Shown one piece after another: positions 18,079-23,952 of a stretch of DNA of 31,669 nucleotides. The DNA is from Deferrisomatales bacterium (GTDB taxonomy: Bacteria > Desulfobacterota > Deferrisomatia > Deferrisomatales > JACRMM01): assembly GCA_033551855.1 (NCBI GenBank), contig JAWSUI010000022.1, forward strand, positions 1 to 31,669. Reading direction: 5' to 3'. Each line of letters begins with the position of its first letter. Position 1 is the stretch's first letter. The position numbers were made by a program, and so were the translations under genes. Under the pieces are notes generated by a model that worked only from the letters and a program-made list of their open reading frames with translations, was not told the origin of the DNA and did no database searches.

Positions 18079-18888
18079 CTACCCGGCCGCGGCGGTCCAG
18101 CCGCTGTCCACGGTGATCAAATTTCCGGTGACGCACCGGCTCTCGGGCAGGCACAGCCACAGCACCGCCTGGGCCACGTCGTCGGGGGTGATCTCCCGGT
18201 CCTTGAAGAGGTGGCCCTCGCAGAACTGCTCCTTGGCCTCCTCCTGCTCCATCCCGAAGTGCTCCGCCAGGCCCTTCATCATGTCGGTCCAGACCGTGCC
18301 CGGGCAGACGACGTTCACGTTGACGTTGTGGTCGGCCACCTCCATGGCGAGGCTCTTGGTGAACCCGATGATGCCGTGCTTGGCCGCGCAGTAGTGCCCC
18401 CCCATGCCGAAGCCTCGCTGGCCGCCCACGCTCGAGATGGCCACCACCTTGCCGGAGTGGGCCGCGATCATGTGGGGCACGGCGTAGTGGCACAGGAGAA
18501 ACGTGCCCTTCAGGTGGGTGTCGAGGGTGTCGTCCCAGGTGGCCTCGTCCATGTCGACCACGGGCACGAGGCTGGTGACGCCGGCGTTGGCCACGGCGAT
18601 GTCGATCCTTCCGAAGGTCTCCAGGACCTTCGCCACCGCAGCCTTCACCTGCGCGTCCACGCGCACGTCGCACACGATCCCGACGGACCTCACCCCCAGC
18701 TCCTCGATCTCCGTCACCGCCTTGTCCAGGGCGGCCCGGGTGGAGAGCCTGTAGGGCACGGTGGGGATATCCGCGCAGATGTCGGCGAGCGCCACGTGGC
18801 ACCCCTCGGCGGCCAGAGCCTTCGCGATGGCGAGGCCGTTGCCCCGCGCCCCTCCGGTGACGAGGGCGACTTGATCTTTGAGTTTCAT
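18079..18888 (-). CDS. Mycofactocin-coupled SDR family oxidoreductase
   Basis: TGGARGNG, the DIC-containing insertion (ADICADIPTVPYRLST) typical of mycofactocin-linked SDRs, VANAG and HYCAAKHG. Immediately upstream of mftA. Confidence 0.9.
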   Translation of the reverse strand: MKLKDQVALVTGGARGNGLAIAKALAAEGCHVALADICADIPTVPYRLSTRAALDKAVTEIEELGVRSVGIVCDVRVDAQVKAAVAKVLETFGRIDIAVANAGVTSLVPVVDMDEATWDDTLDTHLKGTFLLCHYAVPHMIAAHSGKVVAISSVGGQRGFGMGGHYCAAKHGIIGFTKSLAMEVADHNVNVNVVCPGTVWTDMMKGLAEHFGMEQEEAKEQFCEGHLFKDREITPDDVAQAVLWLCLPESRCVTGNLITVDSGWTAAAG

Positions 18889-18905
18889 GGGTCCTCCGGG
18901 AGCTC

Positions 18906-18987
18906 TCAGCCGTCAGCGGTCCGCCGTAAGCTCCAGAGTGGCTCGTTCCGGTCTCCCAGCTGACCGCTGACAACTGATCGCTGACCG
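18906..18987. repeat. Inverted pair of heptamer tracts (TCAGCCG-like / CTGACCG-like)
   Basis: TCAGCCG TCAGCGG TCCGCCG ... CTGACCG CTGACAA CTGATCG CTGACCG in the spacer upstream of the SDR. Confidence 0.65.
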
Positions 18988-18994
18988 CTCGTCA

Positions 18995-19357
18995 TCACAC
19001 CGCCTGGCGCAGCTCGTCCAGGTCAAAGACCTCCCCGATGCGCGCGAGACTCCCGTTGAGCTCCTGGAGGTCGTCCTTCAGCGAGTCGAGCCCGTACTCC
19101 TGGACCTGGAAGTCGAGCTGCCCTTCCAGCCCGTACACCAGGTAGAGCAGGTTGAGCAGGTCCACGCATGCCGGGCGAGCCATGAGCTCCGGGAAGTACC
19201 GATCCAGGAGCCCGGCCGCGTCCAGTTGCCCGAGGCCCCACTCCAGGGTCTCCCGGTCCACCTTCTGGAGCATCACCCCCCTCAGCAGCACCGCGGCCCG
19301 AACTCCCATGCGGGTGATGTCCTCCACCATTTCCCGGTCGGTCTGCAGGTCTGTCAT
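18995..19357 (-). CDS. Hypothetical protein (about 120 aa, acidic, helical)
   Basis: Start chosen at MTDLQTDRE (GAGG 6 nt upstream). Protein-like composition, GC3-biased codons, co-oriented in the operon. Confidence 0.75.
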   Translation of the reverse strand: MTDLQTDREMVEDITRMGVRAAVLLRGVMLQKVDRETLEWGLGQLDAAGLLDRYFPELMARPACVDLLNLLYLVYGLEGQLDFQVQEYGLDSLKDDLQELNGSLARIGEVFDLDELRQAV

Positions 19358-19369
19358 GGTCATCCTCAC

Positions 19370-19433
19370 GTGAGGGGTGACAGGTGACAGGTGACGGGGG
19401 ACAGGGGAGCGGGTCACGCGTCACGCGTCACCG
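19370..19433. repeat. Inverted heptamer tracts (GTGACAG-like / GTCACGC-like)
   Basis: GTGAGGG GTGACAG GTGACAG GTGACGG GGGACAG ... GTCACGC GTCACGC GTCACCG in the intergenic spacer. Confidence 0.7.
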
Positions 19434-19436
19434 CAC

Positions 19437-19763
19437 CTACGTCATCCGCACCTTCATGGTCTTCACGTGCTGGATGATCTTCTCGATGCTGCCGAAGAAG
19501 GGGTTGCACAGACTGCCCACTTCCGAGCCCTCCTTGCACGCCGCCACCTTGCTGTGGATCTCTTCCAGCTCGACCTTGAGCCGCTCCATGTCCTCGGTGC
19601 CCTTCTGGGTCTTGAAGTAGAGCTTGGGGGCCAGGGTCTCGAGCTCGTTGGCCAGGGCCTCCAGCTTGTCCTTGAAGGCCCCGAAGGAACCCCCCTGGGC
19701 CATCTTCCGGAACTCCTCGGCCATCTCCCGTGCGTGGTGGGTACCCATCTTCTGCTCCGACAT
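19437..19763 (-). CDS. Hypothetical protein (108 aa, Lys/Glu-rich, helical)
   Basis: GGGAG RBS and strongly biased codons (AAG, GAG, TTC). No recognisable family. Confidence 0.8.
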   Translation of the reverse strand: MSEQKMGTHHAREMAEEFRKMAQGGSFGAFKDKLEALANELETLAPKLYFKTQKGTEDMERLKVELEEIHSKVAACKEGSEVGSLCNPFFGSIEKIIQHVKTMKVRMT

Positions 19764-19802
19764 ACCGGATTCTCCCTTCCGATCTAGGGCGCCGAAGGCG
19801 CG

Positions 19803-20789
19803 TCAACCGTGGTGGTGATGGTGGTGGCCGCAACCTCCCTCGGCGGGCGCGCCCTGGCCGTGGCCGTGCTCTTTGTGGCGGTCGTGATCACGGTGCCCGG
19901 AGCCGGGGCAGGGCTTGCTCTCCTCCACCGGCGCGTCGGGCACGGACTTGGGTGCCATCTGACCTGCCAGGGTCTGGGCGATCTGCACGAAGGCCCGGGC
20001 CGTGACGCTCTCCGGGTGGAGGTTCACGATGGGCACCCCGGCGTCCGCCGACTCGGAGAAGAGCGGGTCGATGGGGATCGAGCCCAGGAAGGGGACCTCC
20101 ATCATCCGGGCCAGGCCCTGGCCCTTGTCCTTGCCGAAGAGGTTCACCGTGTCGCCGCAGCACCGGCAGGTGTAGACGCTCATGTTCTCCACCAGCCCCA
20201 GGACCTTGGCCCCCAGGGTCAGGGCCGCGTTGATGGCCTTGGAGCACACCAGGGTGGAGACCTCCTGGGGAGTGGTCACGATGACCACGCCGTCGAGATC
20301 CGGGATGGACTTCAGGATGGCGATGGGCTCGTCGCCCGTGCCCGGGGGCAGGTCGATCAGGAGGTAGTCCAGGCCGCCCCACTTGGCCGCCGAGAGGAGC
20401 TGGCGGATGGTGCGGCTCTTGGCCTGGCCGCGCCACATCACCGGGGTCATGTCCCCCGGCCAGAAGAGCGCCACCGAGAGCGCCTTGATCCCGGAGTCGG
20501 TGACGACCGGATCGAGCCAGAACCCGCCGTTGAGCTTCGCCTCCTTCTTGATCCCGAACATCTTCGGGGTGCTCGGCCCGTGGAGGTCGGCGTCGAACAC
20601 CCCCACCTGGTGGCCCGCGTTCTTGAGCGCTGCGGCCAGATTCACGGTGGTGGCGGTCTTCCCCACCCCGCCCTTGCCAGAGAGCACCGCGATCTTGTAC
20701 TTCACGTGCTTGAGGGCCTCGACGATCGCCCCCTCGCTGCGGAGCTGCTCGCGCTGCTTCTCGTGGAATTCGCTCTGGTTGAGTTCCAT
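19803..20789 (-). CDS. apbC: Mrp/NBP35 (ApbC) Fe-S carrier ATPase with His-rich C-terminal tail
   Basis: ATG 20789 with AGGAG RBS. Motifs SGKGGVGKT, DADLHGPS, WRG, DYLLIDLPPGTGDE, VTTPQ and GLVENMS..CRCC. Tail GHRDHDRHKEHGHG...GCGHHHHHHG. Confidence 0.92.
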   Translation of the reverse strand: MELNQSEFHEKQREQLRSEGAIVEALKHVKYKIAVLSGKGGVGKTATTVNLAAALKNAGHQVGVFDADLHGPSTPKMFGIKKEAKLNGGFWLDPVVTDSGIKALSVALFWPGDMTPVMWRGQAKSRTIRQLLSAAKWGGLDYLLIDLPPGTGDEPIAILKSIPDLDGVVIVTTPQEVSTLVCSKAINAALTLGAKVLGLVENMSVYTCRCCGDTVNLFGKDKGQGLARMMEVPFLGSIPIDPLFSESADAGVPIVNLHPESVTARAFVQIAQTLAGQMAPKSVPDAPVEESKPCPGSGHRDHDRHKEHGHGQGAPAEGGCGHHHHHHG

Positions 20790-20810
20790 GCTCTTCTCCT
20801 GTGCTCCGGC

Positions 20811-20867
20811 GTAGGGTGGGGCTGGCCCCACCTCAGGTCGCTACCGGCGGGGCAAGCCCCGCCCTAC
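20811..20867. repeat. GTAG-type REP doublet (REPIN-like)
   Basis: GTAGGGTGGGGCTGGCCCCACC (20811-20832) and its inverted copy GTAGGGCGGGGCTTGCCCCGCC (20867-20846). Confidence 0.75.
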
Positions 20868-21802
20868 GAGAGGCGCCGTAGGGTGTGCCCCCGCGCGCCG
20901 AGGCCGAGGGCCTCCGCCTCCCCGAGGACCTCCGCAAACTCGATCTGCGTCACCTGGCGCACCGCCCCAGGCCTCTCCGCCTCCAGAACGCCCCAGGTGG
21001 CCGCATCCAGGGCCAGCGGGTCCCGGGAAGCCAGGAACCCGAGGTTCCGGACGACGGGCCCGGCGCTGAAGGGGAAGTACTCGGGCTGGGGGGTCACGTC
21101 CCAGAGGTAGTTCACGTACAGCACCCGCTCGCTCACAGCGAAACGCACCGCCCGGTGTGCTTCCAGCGCCCGCCCCCAGAGCCCCCCCAGAGTCGCCCGG
21201 TCGGGCCGGACCCCGTTGAACGGGTAGGGGTCCACCCCGGCCAGCACCCGGGTCCGCTCCCGGCCCACCAGGCACTCGAACCCGCCGTTCCAGAGGGCGC
21301 CGCTCAGACCGAAGAGCGGGTGGAGGGTCACGTGAGAGAGGAACCAGAGCGTGTCGGCGCGGCACACCGCGGTGCCCACCTCGACCCCCCCCAGCTCCGA
21401 GGCGGCGAGTCCCACGGAGAAGAGGTCGCCCTCGTCCCCGCTGTAACCGCCGTTGATCGCGAAGTTGCCGCCCAGTGTGTCGGTGGCGTAGCCGCTGGCC
21501 CGCGCCACCTCCAGGAAGGACTGGCCCTTGGCGCCGTTCCAGTAGTCCACGAGCTTGAGGCCGTCGCACAGGGTGACCCGCTTCCCGCTGACGGACTCGG
21601 CCAGAGCCACGGCCGGTCGGTAGAAGACGGGCCGCAACCCGTATGGGTAGCCCTCCTCCGCCGTGTTTACCTTGAGCGTCACCCGCACGCCTTGCTCGAG
21701 GCCCACTGCGGCACCGGCTGCGTCCAGGAGTCGGCCCACCTTCTGGGGCACCGAGTTGTCGAAGGCCATGCCTTCCGCGTCGACCCACACCACTTCGGCC
21801 AT
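20864..21802 (-). CDS. DUF362-family protein, degenerate paralogue lacking the ferredoxin domain
   Basis: ATG 21802 (MAEVVWVDA). Aligns by eye to the upstream DUF362 protein (VTLKVN, LRP, GYSGDE, LSHVTLH, DVTP, LAS.DPLALD.AT, LGLG.R). Confidence 0.8.
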   Translation of the reverse strand: MAEVVWVDAEGMAFDNSVPQKVGRLLDAAGAAVGLEQGVRVTLKVNTAEEGYPYGLRPVFYRPAVALAESVSGKRVTLCDGLKLVDYWNGAKGQSFLEVARASGYATDTLGGNFAINGGYSGDEGDLFSVGLAASELGGVEVGTAVCRADTLWFLSHVTLHPLFGLSGALWNGGFECLVGRERTRVLAGVDPYPFNGVRPDRATLGGLWGRALEAHRAVRFAVSERVLYVNYLWDVTPQPEYFPFSAGPVVRNLGFLASRDPLALDAATWGVLEAERPGAVRQVTQIEFAEVLGEAEALGLGARGHTLRRLS

Positions 21803-21879
21803 GTGCACGTCCCTTCGCGCGACCATCCCGGGGAGGCAGGGCGAGAGGCCCCGGCGGCCTCCCGCCCTCGAGCGAGGCA

Positions 21880-23388
21880 CTAGCCGGGCTTCACCCCCTT
21901 GAAGGGGTCCATCTTCTTCCACTCGTTGTTCACCCAGTCCTTGTTGTACGCGGCCCGGTTGAACGGCATGACCTCGGTGGCGAGGTCGTGTTTGTAGAAG
22001 ACATCGCGCAGCCGGATGGTGGTGGGCCGATGGTTCTCGATCCCACCCCCGCGGATCTGCCACTTCATGGCGTTCTCCGGGCTCAGCACCGGCTCGTGGT
22101 GGATGAGCTTGTACTGGCGGGTGCCGAGGCCGATCTTCTCGCCTGCGGCCTGGGTAATGCGCGGGCTGAAGCCGTTGACGAGGCGGAACTTGTCCTCGCC
22201 CTGCTTGCCGCCCTTCTCGTCGAGGACCGACCCGGGGCTCACCGGCGCCTGGTCGATGAGATCCAGGGTGGCCTCCTCGACGGCCATCAGATCCTTGCCG
22301 GCGACGATCCCCACGTCCGGGCAGACGGCCTTGTTGGCCCAGGGGAAGCAGTCGCACTCGGGCACGACGTCGATGGCGCAGTTGATGAAGCCCACCTTGC
22401 CCCGGTCGAAGCACTTGAGGGCCCCCAGGGCGGCGTCGGCGTGGGCGATCATGGCGTTGGGGAAGTAGTTCTCCTCGAAGGTGATGCCGGTCATCCCCGA
22501 GAAGATGCAGGTGACCTGGCACGAGTAGCAGAGCCGGCAGCGCTCCGGGTACCACTCCTTGCCGTGGGCGAACACCTTGTGGGCGCTGCGCGGGCAGGAG
22601 TCGTCGCACATCTGGTGAAACTTGCAGGCCTGCCCAGGACAGTTGTCGGTGAACTTCGGCCAGCCGATGGCGTCGTGGGGGTCGCCCCAGTGGGCCAGGT
22701 GGGTGATGTACTTGCCCCTCTTGGACTGGCAGCCGATGCCGAGCTGCTTGAGGATGCCGCCGTACATGGTGATGGCATGCCCGCGGGCGTGCGCGAGGAC
22801 GATCATCGCGTCGGCTTCCGCGATGGCCCGCCCGATGTAGGTCTCCTTAAGGATGTTGCCCTCGGGGATCTCTACCCGATAGTCGTCCTCGCCGGAGTAC
22901 CCGTCGGCGATGAGCACCGGGCACCCGAAGGTGGCGTCGGTGTAGCCGTGGCGGATGGCGCCCTCCATCTGGTACTGGGAGATCGCCATGCTGTTGTAGG
23001 TGTGGTACGAAAGGGTGGTGTCGTTCACCACGTAGGGGTGACCCCCGCACGCCCTCACCTCTTCCACGATGGCGGCGATGTACTCGGGCCGCAGGATGGC
23101 CGTGCGGTTCCACTCGCCGTAGTGGATCTTGATCGCGACCTCGTCGCCCTTCTGGAAGCACTCGTTGAGCTTGGCTTCGTAGAAGAGGTCCTTGGTCTTG
23201 CAGATCAAGGACTCCGTCCAGTTCGTCGCGTTGGCGTCGGCGTACCAGACCGGAGCCGGGCCCTTCGCGGTGAAGGGGCCCCACTTCTTCTTCGTGGGAT
23301 TCCAGCTCTTCTTTTGGTAGTCGGCCCGCCCTCCTTCGACGGGCTTCTTGAGCTCGTGCCACTTGGTCGGTTCTGTCTTGTGCGCCAT
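21880..23388 (-). CDS. DUF362-family Fe-S protein with internal ferredoxin-type domain; candidate NPN-dependent enzyme
   Basis: ATG 23388 after an AAGGAAGGTGA RBS. Motifs VAIKIHYGE, LRP, IADG..G.D, HARGH..MYGG.LKQLG.GC.S..GK...H, C..C..C...C clusters, DVVPECDC and DVGI.AG.D..A.E.A. Confidence 0.88.
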   Translation of the reverse strand: MAHKTEPTKWHELKKPVEGGRADYQKKSWNPTKKKWGPFTAKGPAPVWYADANATNWTESLICKTKDLFYEAKLNECFQKGDEVAIKIHYGEWNRTAILRPEYIAAIVEEVRACGGHPYVVNDTTLSYHTYNSMAISQYQMEGAIRHGYTDATFGCPVLIADGYSGEDDYRVEIPEGNILKETYIGRAIAEADAMIVLAHARGHAITMYGGILKQLGIGCQSKRGKYITHLAHWGDPHDAIGWPKFTDNCPGQACKFHQMCDDSCPRSAHKVFAHGKEWYPERCRLCYSCQVTCIFSGMTGITFEENYFPNAMIAHADAALGALKCFDRGKVGFINCAIDVVPECDCFPWANKAVCPDVGIVAGKDLMAVEEATLDLIDQAPVSPGSVLDEKGGKQGEDKFRLVNGFSPRITQAAGEKIGLGTRQYKLIHHEPVLSPENAMKWQIRGGGIENHRPTTIRLRDVFYKHDLATEVMPFNRAAYNKDWVNNEWKKMDPFKGVKPG

Positions 23389-23593
23389 TCGCTTCACCTT
23401 CCTTTCTGCAAGAGAGGGGGAGTCTCACCCAGGGTCCTCGCACGGCCGGGACGCCTCGGCACCGGGGCCCCGCCCTGTTCCCGGTGCTGCGGCACGGTTC
23501 GACCCTCCTTTCCGTCCCGGTGTCGCCGGCCCCGGCCCGGACATGGCCCGGCACGGCCCTCGCCCGGGCCAACCGCTGGCTGACGGAGCGTTT

Positions 23594-23609
23594 TGCAACC
23601 GGCGTTCCA
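23594..23609 (-). promoter_or_regulatory. Sigma-54 (-24/-12) promoter of the DUF362-mft-lar-aor operon
   Basis: Minus strand TGGAACGCCGGTTGCA = GG-N10-GC, about 200 bp upstream of the DUF362 start. A GAFTGA activator is encoded nearby. Confidence 0.8.
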
Positions 23610-23684
23610 CGCGCTCCGGAGACGGAGAACCCCGCCATTCGCGCCACGGGCGTGCGGGCCTCCAAAGCCCGCGGGCGGAGCTCT

Positions 23685-23778
23685 TGTGGAAAAACGAAAC
23701 ACCGCCTTCCGAAACATCGTCTTCCTGGGCGCCCTCCGGCTTGTGGGGAGCCCCGCCACACTGTAGACTTTTTCCCCA
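23685..23778. promoter_or_regulatory. Candidate enhancer (bEBP) binding sites
   Basis: TGTGGAAAAACGAAACA (+, 23685-23701) and TGGGGAAAAAGTCTACA (-, 23778-23762): matching AT-rich 17-mers lying between two sigma-54 promoters. Confidence 0.55.
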
Positions 23779-23880
23779 GTGCTCTTCCGACGAACACGGA
23801 GGGAGCGGGAAACAGCGGCGCAAGTTAGGGGAAAAGCGCCTGCCGGCGCCCCCGGAGGCGCAGCCGGAGGCGGGGTGCGG

Positions 23881-23896
23881 CGGCACCCGACTTGCA
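23881..23896 (+). promoter_or_regulatory. Sigma-54 (-24/-12) promoter of the regulatory operon
   Basis: CGGCACCCGACTTGCA = GG-N10-GC, about 57 bp upstream of the Fe-ADH start. Confidence 0.7.
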
Positions 23897-23952
23897 ACGC
23901 CTCGGACTCGCTTGCCACTCCGGGTCCCGCCCCTGTTTCCGGATGCGACGAC

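Noticed and set aside
19807..19826. Six consecutive His codons resembling an engineered His-tag
   Set aside because: Part of a longer native His/Gly-rich tail followed by Gly and a stop; no vector or linker sequence nearby.
21988..23583. Long antisense ORFs opposite DUF362 (and likewise opposite OYE, AOR and FixC)
   Set aside because: Expected shadow ORFs from strong GC3 bias; no recognisable motifs.
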